Assembly (NCBI GenBank): GCA_002104905.1
Contig: MCFE01000804.1
Location: 1 to 34,302 of the forward strand
DNA: 34,302 nucleotides
Source of the DNA: Basidiobolus meristosporus CBS 931.73
Taxonomy: Eukaryota > Fungi > Basidiobolomycota
Reading direction: 5' to 3'
Numbering within the stretch: position 1 is the first letter of the stretch; each line of letters opens with the position of its first letter. This document shows, one piece after another, positions 21,962-32,679 of the stretch. The position numbers and the translations under genes are program-made. The notes under the pieces are model-generated. The model was not told the origin of the DNA, did no database searches, and was given only the letters and a program-made list of their open reading frames with translations.

Positions 21962-23276
21962 ATGCCTGTTCCTGATTCAGCTAAAGACTTTATCGCTGGT
22001 ACGTTCGGTGGTTGGGCTCAGGTCGTGGCCGGGCATCCGTTTGATACTTTGAAGGTGAGGGAGTGCGGCATTCAAATGTCCTTTTCCATGTATTCAACCT
22101 TTTCCTATAGGTCCGTCTTCAGACCCAAGGTAACCCACCCAAATATAACGGTGGTATGGATTGCCTTCGTATAACTCTCAAAGAGGAGGGGGTAAGCGAT
22201 TTCCCACTGTTCAGCATCAGGGACACATAGTAATCAGCTATTTATAGCTGGCGGGGCTTTATAGAGGAGTGACCTCCCCACTGGCCGGTATTGGTTTCTG
22301 GTAGAGTGATATAGTGTATTAATGTCAAAGACGGGGTTGCCTCTAACTCGGACTTTGGATTTACTTGCTTCCAGCAACGCGGTGGTTTTTAGCGCCAACG
22401 GATATTTCCGAAGAATGCTCCAAGGGGGAGAGGCCAAGCCACTCACTTTATGTAACGATATTTGCCATGCTACTTCCACCACCTAATACTCATCGCTAAC
22501 AAACCCTTATGTAGCACAAATCGCTGTTGCTGGTGGTCTGGCAGGCTCGGTGATGTCGTTTATCAATTGTCCGGTGGAGCTTCTGAAGGTCAAACTTCAG
22601 GTTCAGAGTAACGCCGTTGCCAATGGAGTTGCTGGTGCTGTGAAGCCCGTGAGTACAAGGTGCATTCTCATTGATTTCAGGGATCGGTTCTAATGTGAGT
22701 GTGCAGTATTCCGGTGTGTTTGACTGTGGTGTTCGTACTTTCTCTACCTATGGCATCAGAGGCCTGTATCGTGGCATCACCATCACCATCCTCCGAGATA
22801 TCCCCAGTTTTGCTGCCTATTTTGGTAAGGGGAGTTTGCAACATGGTACATGGATGGTTGCTAACCGCTCCTAAAATAGGTTTCTATGAAGCTTTGAAAG
22901 CCAGTTTCAGTAACACCTTTGCTGCTGGCCGGGAGCTGAACGGGTTTGAGCTGCTTTTGGCCGGTGGTACTGCAGGTATTGGTTGCTGGACCGTCTGCTA
23001 CCCACAGGATGTTATCAAGAGCCGTATGCAAAACGACCGAAGGTGAGAACCTACAGTACATCGGCCTCATTTGATGAAGTGCTAACCTTGAGATCCAGCT
23101 ACAAATCCTTCCTGGACTGCGCGGCCAAACTCAACGCCGAGTCTGGGTACCGTGCGTTCTTCCGTGGCTTTGGACCCACCATGGCCCGTGCCTTCCCGGC
23201 CAACGCCGCCACTCTTTGGGCATACGAAATGGCCATGAAATGGATGAATTCTACCGATGACTTGGCCATCCTCTGA
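21962..23276 (+). CDS. Mitochondrial carrier (SLC25; carnitine/ornithine/basic amino acid carrier-like), about 8 exons
   Basis: Three PX[DE]XX[KR] signatures (PFDTLKVRLQ, PVELLKVKLQ, PQDVIKSRMQ), GLYRG repeats and ARAFPANAAT. The substrate is not determinable by eye. Confidence 0.92.
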
Positions 23277-23619
23277 ACCAAAATCCCAATTAGGCCCCAT
23301 GATTCTTAACTGCCCAACCCTTGGTACCAACTTTGTATATCCGGTTCTACTACAATGTATCGCATAAAATTGCCAGTTTCATCCAACCAACGATCCCTAT
23401 CCCGGATCACCATGTTCCACATCATTTCGAGTAGACCGCTTACACTGTGACCTTTGGCAATCACCTGATGCAGTGCGGAGTAATAACGAGATAGCATCAT
23501 GGCATCGGATTATTGGTGGTAAGGTCAACAAATACGATTTCGTGTAATTCAGCAATGAACGCCATATATAAACAATTCCGTCGGACCGGCCAAACCACTT
23601 CCACGTAATCCTTCCCGAC

Positions 23620-23964
23620 ATGGCCGAAACAGTTAGTATAGCCCACCCTCCGGTTGCCCCTCGTTTCCCGGAATAACCCCTCTGCTTCCTTCTAGCAAAA
23701 GTTCAAGGTAGAGATGACCTGTTCAGGTTGCTCCGGTGCCGTCAACAGAGTTCTGAAGAAGTTGGCCGGTATGTGTCCTACTCGTTGACCCAGACGTCGC
23801 GGTGGAACCTCAGCCTAATCAGTGGTCACTTTTCTTGGGATTTAGGCGTCGAAGAGGTCGACATCTCCTTGGAAGACCAGACCGTCGTTGTCAAGGGAAC
23901 CGCCTCGCAAGAAGACATCCTCACCGCCATCAAGAAGACCGGGAAGGCCGTCAGTCCATTGTAG
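23620..23964 (+). CDS. ATX1: Copper chaperone Atx1/ATOX1, 3 exons
   Basis: Spliced MAET|QKFKVEMTCSGCSGAVNRVLKKLA|GVEEVDISLEDQTVVV...IKKTGKAVSPL, with the MxCxxC metal site and KTGK motif. Confidence 0.95.
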
Positions 23965-24111
23965 GCCTTTGACCGGTTCCCTTCCCATCCACCCGCGGAC
24001 CAGAAGCCTCCCGCGTGTATCCCCACCCCTCCCTCCCCTTCCCGAAATAAACGGCACTTTCAAACATACATCATTTATTTGGGATGGGCCTCGTCTATCT
24101 ATCCCTGGGCA

Positions 24112-24126
24112 ATATATATATATATA
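24112..24126. repeat. Short (AT)n microsatellite
   Basis: atatatatatatata directly visible downstream of ATX1. Confidence 0.8.
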
Positions 24127-24388
24127 GATAGAGAATCGAAATGTTTGGATTACACTGAGCTAGCTAGGAATACATCATGATTTGATAATCAATAAAATTA
24201 CTGGTCGAATATATAGATGCAAAGTGGTTCCGTCAAAATAGAATTATATGGTGCTGGGTGGGTTAGTATGGATTAGTAGGTTTCGGGATATATGGCGAAG
24301 GCATTGCAACAAGTGGTGGTCTCCATCACACAATCTCCCATGAAGCCCAAACATCGATGGAGGAAGAAGGGGAGGGGTGGTGCGGTGA

Positions 24389-26458
24389 TTAATTCTCCGT
24401 GGGTTGATTAGGTGTGTGTAGTTTGAGGTGCAGCTGGTCGCCTATCTCGCTGATCTGCTGGAGTGCCCAATCGAGGTCTTCTTTGGTGTGCGCGGCTGAA
24501 AGACAGAACTTGGCCCTTCCGCCTACGATCGGTGCGTTGGGGTAGGAAATGACGTTGACTGCTATCCCTCTGGTTAGGCATTCCCGCGAAAAGGCGCTGG
24601 TGATGCGAACGTAGGGTTGTGTTAGATGGGTGGTGGATGTACATGGGGCTGTCAGCTACTTACGGAATGTTGGCTGGATTGAAGAGAACCAGGGGAACGA
24701 TGGGTGAGTCGATGTCCCCATAAACGATGAAGCCCATCTCCCGCAGTCTTGAAGAGAAGTACCTGGCGTTGAATGCCAACGTTTCCAACCTCTTGATGCC
24801 GTCGTTGGTGCTATCTTCTCCCATGATGATCTTCACGCTCGAAATGATTTGCTGGAGAACGGGGATGGAGATCGCTTCGGCATATATCGAGGAGTAGCAT
24901 TGCGTGCGCAGATGATCAATGATCTCTCGTGAGGCAGCGACGTATCCGCCGGCCGCACCGAACGACTTCGAAAACGTTCCCATCAGGATGTCCACCTCTG
25001 ACGAGGGGACGCCCCAATAGTCACATATGCCCTTCCCGCATGAACCGAGAGTGCCTATGGAGTGGGCCTCGTCGATGTAGAGATAGAATTTGTACCTGCG
25101 TTTGAGTTCCAGGATTTCGGGCAGCCGAAGGATCGATCCCTCATTGGTGTAGAGTCCCTCAACAGCCACCAGGATCTTCTTCCAGGGTCGGTGTGTGCGT
25201 GGTTGGCCTTGGGAGATGGCTTGGCGAAGCACTTTCCGGAGGCTGTCGATGTCTAGGGAGAGTCAAGGGGTTAGCTAGCGGCCGATGCTACAGGACATGG
25301 AGGCGAGCACCCACTGTTATGCTTGAACACGCAGCTTACTGCCCCGGAGATACGAACTCCGTTGATGATGGAGGAATGGTTGAATTCGTCGGAAATCACT
25401 AGGCAATTCTATGGGAGGGAAGTCCCAGTTAGGTGGGTCTGCGAAGGGAATGCACACATGGTTGCGATAAATACCTTCGACACTAGACCTGGCAAGGTGG
25501 CGGAATTGGCAGCGAAGCCGGTGCCAACGATCATCGCCGCTTCCTTTCCAACAAATCGGGCAACCAATTCCTCGGCAGCTGTGTGAAGCCTATGGGTTCC
25601 TACATGCACGAGCTGGGTAAACGGATGGTTGACACAAATGCTCAGAGGTAAACCAGGTACAAACCGCCTTCAAATCGGCTGCAATTCATGCTGACCCCGT
25701 AGCTGGTCAAGCTCTGCTCCACGGAGTCGATGCAGGTACCCTCGTTTTGAGAAAACCCGAGGTAGTTGTAGGATCCGAAATTCAACAGGGTGGTGGTCCG
25801 ACCGGTGTATCTATCCAGAAAGGTGAGTTCAGGCTAGGTTCTATAGGGATATGGGATGGGCTCATACCTAAAGGAGCGGTTGTAGTCGACGCTCGTTCGA
25901 TCCAGGAGGGTAATGAATCTTCCGGGGATACCGGAAACCGGTCTATTGAAGCAATCACACATTCGACGGTAAAGTCTGCGCCGGTAGAAGCTTTCGAAGT
26001 CCGACAACATCGGCGCATAGCCCTATATAAATGGAGGTCAGCGTCTGGGTGGATGGAGGGGCTGTTCGAAGAAAAGGTAAACTCACGTCAATGTAACTGA
26101 AGGGGACATATTCGGAACTTTTGAAGTATTTACCAAAGGAATCCCTGACCCGGCCAAATAAAATGAGAACGATGTAGCCCAGATAGGTGGTGATTAGTGT
26201 CAAGAGAGGTACATCTTCCAGTTCTTCCGGATGGCTCCTGACGATTTTGGGGGGATTGCGCGCGGGAACCAAGTGGTCTCTAACTAAAGGAGAGTCGTTA
26301 TCGGTCTCGTTGAGAAGTGGGGAATGGGAATGGGCGGCGGAAGATAGTGGTGGGGTTAAGATGGAGGGATCTTTCTCAGCATCTTTGGTGGCGACGACTC
26401 TGTCTCGAAGGGAGGAGGTGGAAAAAAATCGTTGCAAGGCACGCTTTCCCTTTCCCAT
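24389..26458 (-). CDS. LCB2: Serine palmitoyltransferase LCB2/SPTLC2-like PLP enzyme, divergent paralog, 7 exons
   Basis: Spliced motifs [67 protein letters not shown]-Lys motif GTFSKSFG and [13 protein letters not shown]. No frameshift or internal stop found; stop TAA at 24389-24391. Confidence 0.92.
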
Positions 26459-29232
26459 TTGGTTAGAAGTGAGCAACAGAAAATACAAGTATGGTAAGCT
26501 ACGCTAGACCAAAGACGACCAAAAGAAGTGTAGTGTTATTGGGGTTATACAGGTGCGAAGTGGGAAGGGAGAGTGGGTGGTGAATCAAAGGCTTGAAAAT
26601 ATAGGAAACCAAGAAGTGCAAAAAGGTGGTAATCCGTTCGATTATTATAATAGATCCACGCTGCTTCCGCATGTAGGTAAATTTCCGCTTTTGATCAACA
26701 AGTGGATTACCAAGTGCAAGTTGGTCCGAATTCCCGATAATTTGTCATATTGATCGGCTCATCCGCACCCAAATCCGTTCCTTTATATTGACGCCTCCAC
26801 AATGATCAAGGTGAACGGAGGGTGCATATCAGTACACAGCGGTGATCACTCAAACACCCACGTTTGAAACGAAGCTTGAAACAGCGGCGCCCAAGTGTTG
26901 TCTGAGTGCCGCTGTCCTGGCTGGGCCTCGTAACATACGGACAGCTAGGGTTGCTCGTTCTTGAATAGATCGTTTCCTTAGCACATGCTGTGAAATCGTG
27001 TCAGACTCATGGACTGCTTATGCAGTCCGCAATGGCAATCAATATCCATGAAATCTTCTCAGGGACAACGGCCAGGAGTTGACCATGCATGATATCAATG
27101 TGGATGATGGCCTTACAGCCCTAGGGTGTCTACACTTGGCTTCCATCGCCCTGCCCACAATACCGCTGGAATGAAGTACCAGGCAGGAAAGCCTCCTGCG
27201 TGTTCAGTTAGGCAGGCTCCTGGCGGTTGCTCCTTAGAGCCGCGCAACTAGCAGCTCCTTTATTCCTTAGTCTAGACGCTGGCTGTTGCCCTCCAATCGT
27301 CGATTAACTTTGCTCATATATTAGTCATACATTGGACAAATGATCAACCTCCTAGTTAGGTACACAATCACTTCATGATGTCACTGAACCACGATGGCAC
27401 CGCACCTTCAGCCTAGAACCGAATCCCGAGGGAAAGGCCCACCGCGTTTCAGCCTGGAGTAGGCGTCGCCGCCGCAAGTGGATTCGGACGGGAACTGCTG
27501 GAGGCCACAGCCTACGTACCGGTCAATTGCCTTCAATGCGATGTGTCCGGCTGAATTCCAGTCAAGCTGTTCCACTCCGAAATTTCTGCGGAGATCCTGA
27601 CCTTATTTTGGCGGGGAGATTTATTTGTGCTGCGTGAAGCTGGATACTGAATGGACACATCTTCCAGCGCGGTATAACCGTCGCCCCATTGGCTCCATTG
27701 GCTCTATCCCTCACATGAATCGTCGGCCGGACACCAGCCAGCGCTTTTGCAAATCAACCCCCGAATTTCTCTGATCCCAAGCCCAAGTCCCTTGCGACAT
27801 TCAGCAACGTGGCTTGTGGTACTCCAGTGCAAGTGTAGCCAACACGCATCCACGCCAGTCTCCAGCATGCTTACCAACACTCCCTGCTGTGCTGGATTCA
27901 AGCTCAGCTCAGCTCTACATCAACATGAGAAATGCAAGAGGGATCAAGCATCAGCTAAGCCATCGTCGCCTTAAGCGGGAACACTCCCATCAGGCTGATC
28001 ACTCCAGTTCTCCCATCCCCCTGTCCACACAAGGTGATGATGGGTGACCCCTGGTGGGAAGTAGTGGAATACCTGATTAGTATTTGCTGGTAACAAACCT
28101 ACCCTAGGTGCGATTATCACATCTGCATGCCATGATTTGGTATCTGGGCCAACCAGCACCCTCGCGCCCAATTCTCTCATCCGGTTGTGGTTGCTGATAA
28201 CTATGGTCGCACAAAAGAAGTTTGGCGCTCAGCAATCACTGCTATAGATGCATATGCATTAGGACTGCTCAAAACTAACCAGCATGGAGTCAGGTGAGAG
28301 GCATCGAGTTGGTGTCCAATCAGGCCAGCTGCTGGGGTGCCCTATTGGCTGCTAGTATCGGGCAGGGCCAATGTGTAGGTGCTTTAGAGCCTTTGGCCGG
28401 ATCCTTGCAATTCATGATTTGGCTAGAGCTAGTGTTGAAGTGTAACACACTGTAAATGCAAGTTGGTGGATTTCTCTTTGGCAGAGCATTGGAATGATAG
28501 GATCCAGCGCTTTGTTGTGTATGGCCTTCAAATTATTGGTGACCTGATACTGGATGGCTTGGTTCATCTCTAAAACCTCCTTTTGTTCAATCACCCACCA
28601 CTGCTACCAGGATTACACTCCTTGAGAAATGGGGTGGTAATATCACCAAATGAAGTCCCTATCAGGGATTACAAAGTTGGAATTTGCTAGGATTGCTTGA
28701 TGGTCAGGTTTAATCCAAGCTGAGCATCCGCTGATTTTTGTACAATATCTGATGGGTTCTGTAAAACATTTCTAATCACAGAATAGAGATGCTGGCAAAT
28801 CAAAACAATGACAAGTATAACCTCTGTCCAAATTTGCTGTCTGAGTGGACCCAGAATACCCCTCACTAAAATGCTGGGTGTCCTGAATTACAATTACCAG
28901 CCATAGGTAATATATCTCAAGCCATTGCACTGTCAAATGTCTACTATTACTGTCACTAGAAGCACTTTCCCAACCTCCATTTTCTGGAATGGTAAGTGTA
29001 AATATCAAAACTCAAAAGTGTGCTTATATAGCACTAGGAGAAGCAAATCAACCATAGTCAGCTGCTAAGTAGAAGCATTGGAGACAAAAGTTCCTTAATA
29101 TTGAGATGCTTCTTGCTAGAGAAAAGCAAAAGCTCAATCAACAATGATGAGTTACCTTTTACCTTGGCATGGCACACATATGATATAATCAGATGCCCTT
29201 AGGAACAAAAGCTGTCAGATGAGTCTGTGGGT

Positions 29233-29446
29233 TGTTGTAAGAGTCTTGGAGATATTGGAAGTGATTTGGAGAACAAGTAGATTATGTGGCTTTCACTTAA
29301 TGATTTATTGAATGTAAAAGTAGTATTTATACTTTTACCTGGTCTTGGCATTACAAACACATAGGATAGGTTAAGGAAGGTCCCAAGAACATGTGTGCAA
29401 AGTTTGGGGCTGTTTGGACAACTTTGAGAATTTTCATGTTCTGGGT
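29233..29446 (-). repeat. Inverted, 5'-truncated copy (214 bp) of the copia LTR
   Basis: Reverse complement of 29581-29794 with about 7 mismatches by eye, all transitions. It ends exactly at the LTR CAACA terminus on the minus strand. Confidence 0.9.
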
Positions 29447-29539
29447 GTTTTAAAAATTTGTATTTCCACCTAAATATTCACCTAACTTAGTCACTTAGAT
29501 CATCACCTTCAAATCCTAGAGAATACTGACCAAATTCCT

Positions 29540-29794
29540 TGTTGGGATTTACTTAGAATATTTTCACCAAAATACCAGGTACCCAGAACATGAAAATTCT
29601 CAAAGTTGTCCAAACAGCCCCAAACTTTGCACACATGTTCTTGGGACCTTCCTTGACTTATTTTACGTGTTTGTAATGCCAAGACCAGGCAAAAGTATAA
29701 ATACTACTTTTACATTCAATAAATCATTAAGTGAAAACCACATAATCTACTTGTTCTCCAAATCACTTCCAATATCTCCAAGACTCTTACAACA
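29540..29794 (+). repeat. 5' LTR of the copia element (255 bp, TGTTG...CAACA)
   Basis: TGTTG at 29540 and CAACA ending at 29794, an internal TATAAA (gtataaata) and aataaa, immediately followed by the PBS and gag. Confidence 0.85.
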
Positions 29795-29806
29795 GGTTAT
29801 GAGCCC
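29795..29806 (+). promoter_or_regulatory. Primer-binding site GGTTATGAGCCC (Ty5/copia half-tRNA-iMet type)
   Basis: Directly abuts the LTR CA end. Matches the GGTTATG(A/G)GCCC PBS recalled for Ty5 and Drosophila copia. Confidence 0.8.
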
Positions 29807-29825
29807 CAAGCTGTCACTCTCTGCA

Positions 29826-32679
29826 ATGTCTACCACTGCTATTACTGGAATTTTCCCTCTGCTGAAAAGTTGGATGGATCTAACTAACAAGTGTGGAAGG
29901 TGAAGATGAAGACGCTGCTACAAGAAAGAGGCCTTTGGGATATTGTCATGGGAGAAGAATGCCCTTCTAAAAACATGGGAGAGGAAGCCTTAGAGTACCA
30001 GAAGAAAGAACAAAGTGCCTTTAACTGCATTTGCCTTAATGTCAAGGACAAATTGCTAATTCAATGCTCAAGAGCAAAAACGGCAAAGAATGCCTGGAAA
30101 GCATTAGAAGACACCTACCAGTCATGTTCAGCTGCCAAGAAAATGTATCTGAGACAAAAATTCTTTACTACAAAGATGCTGCCAGGAGAAGAAATGAAAA
30201 ATCTAATTAACAGAATTACCCTGCTGGTAGATAAGATGGAATCTGTGGGCGTACCAACTACTGATGAGGATGTGATAGTTACCATCCTGAATAGCCTGAC
30301 AGACAAGTGTCAGGGCCTTGTATCAGCCCTAGAGTCCAGAACTGAAGATTTGACCTTAAATTACGTATATGGAAGGCTCCTGGATGAAGAATTAAGAAAA
30401 TCAAGCGCCAATAAGAAGGAAGAAGAAAATGCTTTAATAAGCAATGATAACCAACAAAGGAGGTACCCAAGACCCTACAAAGGCAACAGCAACCTATTTT
30501 GCAACTACTGCAAAAGGAAAGGACACACATCAGACCGGTGTTTCAAAAAGAGAGATTATCAGCAAAAGAAGCCTGAATATGGAAATGCTGCAACAACTGA
30601 AGATAGACTATTCATATCTGCACTAAATATGACCACAAACAAGGATTCTCAGACGTGGTATATTGACTCTGGAGCTTCTCAACACTTTACACACCAAAAA
30701 GAACTTTTTACCCAATATCAAGAAATTCCAATTAAGAAGGTTTTCATGGGTGACAATAGAACACTTGATGCAGTGGGAGAAGGAACTATCCAAGTAAACC
30801 TTAGAAGCAGTGAAGGAAGCCATACACTGACCTTTGAAGAAGTACTCTATGTACCAGAAATAGCCAAGAACCTACTCTCTGTAAGCAAGGCCACAGCAGA
30901 AGGACTCAGTTTCAGTTTTGACAATTCTGGATGCAGGATCACTGATCAAAATGGTACCCATATTGCTTTGGGCATCAGAGATCAAAATCTATACAAGTTG
31001 ACTTATATTCCATCATATCTGGAAGCCAATATAAGTAACTTAAATGAAGAAACACCAATGCTTTGGCACAGGAGATTTGGGCACATCAATTTTGATTATT
31101 TGCGTAATATGATCAAAGATCAGCTAATTTCTGGAGTGAAAATTGATCCCCCAGCTAATTTGGAGCACTGTGAAGCCTGCATATATGGGAAACAAGCCAG
31201 ACAACTGTTCAAGAGCTCTGGGTTAATCAAAATTAAGAAAAAATTAGATCAAATTCACTCAGATCTGTGTGGACCTATACAAAATTTATCCTTAGGCGGG
31301 ATGAAGTATTTAATCACTTTTATTGATGATTATACAAGATACACATGGGTCTACTTCATGGAGAGAAAGGAAGAAGCTCTGTCTAAGCTCAGGGAGTTTA
31401 AAGCCATGGTGGAGAGAGAAACTGGTGAAAAAATCAAGAAAATATGCTCTGACAATGGTGGAGAATATACCTCAAAACTCTTCATCCACCGCTGCAAAAT
31501 TCATGGGATAAAGCAAGAGACTACTGTACCATACTCCCCACAGCAAAATGGAGTAGCAGAACAAGCTAACAGATCAATAATTGATATGGCAAGATCTATG
31601 ATCCATGATCAAAAATTATCCTATGATTTTTGAGCGGAATCAGTTGCCACTGCTGTATACCTTAAAAATAGGAGTTATAACAGAATACTTTGTGATTCTA
31701 CTCCATTTGAAGCATGGTATGGATACAGACCAAGTGCAGAACATTTAAGAATATTTGGGTGCACAGCATATGCCAAAAAACTGGTCGGAAATCAGTCAAA
31801 ATTTGAGCCAAAAAGTGTAAAATGCATATTTTTGGGCTACTGCAATGAGAGTAAGGCATACAGACTCTACAATACCAAAGCAAAGAATCTTATCAAGTTT
31901 AGGGATGTGTTGTTTGATGAAAATTCAAAATTCTCACAAAAAATGACATCAGATGATGACAAAAATTTGATCTCAAGTCCACCAATTGTCAGGATTGAAT
32001 CAGAGCAAAACAATGAAAATTTTTTCACTCCATAGGACTCTACAACTGTGGTTCAGCCAGAATCAGTGCCCAGGATTATCCCAGAAGTGATCATTCCAGT
32101 ATCAAATGCCCGGAGGTCCAATCGGACAAGAAATAGCCCAAATTACTATATTAATGAGGGTACAAACTTAGCCTATGCCTATTCAGTCCATATTGATGAA
32201 CCCCAGACTGTAAAAGAGGCCCTAAATAGCCCTCAGATGATGTTTTGGAGATCTGCAATGACTGAGGAATATCAGGCCCTGATGGAAAATCAAACTTGGG
32301 ACTTAGTCAAATTACCAATCAACCAAAAATCAATTGGATACAGATGGGTCATCAAGACAAAGTACAAGGCTGATGGTACAATTGAAAGATACAAAGCTAG
32401 ACTTGTAGCCAAAGGATACTCTCAAACAAACGGACTTGACTATACTGAGACCTTTGCACTGGTAGCCAAGTTTAATTCCATCAGATTAATATTGGCTATT
32501 GTAGCCAAATATAAGTTTTTTATTCATCAAATGGATGTAAAAACTGCATTTTTGAATGGAGAACTTGATGAGGACGTGTATATGGACCAGCCTGATGGGT
32601 TTGTTGACCAAGATAACCCCCATTTGGTCTGCAAGCTTAAAAAGTCACTATATGGTCTCAAACAATCACCGAGAGCCTG
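29826..32679 (+). pseudogene. Copia gag-pol pseudogene
   Basis: ORF pieces 29891, 31832 and 32048 share one frame, broken by TAA (29885), TGA (31631, expected Trp) and TAG (32033). A probable frameshift follows the ATG at 29826. RT is cut at KQSPRA-W and RNase H is absent from the window. Confidence 0.9.

Larger units (their letters stand above)
29540..32679 (+). mobile_element. Ty1/copia LTR retrotransposon, decayed and interrupted in RT
   Basis: Copia domain order: gag (EKLDGSN*QVWK, LRQKFF), zinc knuckle CNYCKRKGHTSDRC, protease WYIDSGASQH, integrase (LWHRRFGH, CEAC, HSDLCGP, FIDDYTRY, SDNGGEY), then RT (YKARLVAKG, QMDVKTAFLNG, SLYGLKQSPRA). Confidence 0.97.

Noticed and set aside
18106-23964. 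SQR and ATX1 proximity as a metal/sulfur detoxification cluster
   Set aside because: They are separated by unrelated housekeeping genes (RPS27, carrier), and there is no evidence of co-regulation.
24660-25232. LCB2 as a truncated pseudogene (ORF ends at NPANIP*)
   Set aside because: The apparent stop lies in an intron (CC|gtaag...cag|C); splicing restores the C-terminal exon.
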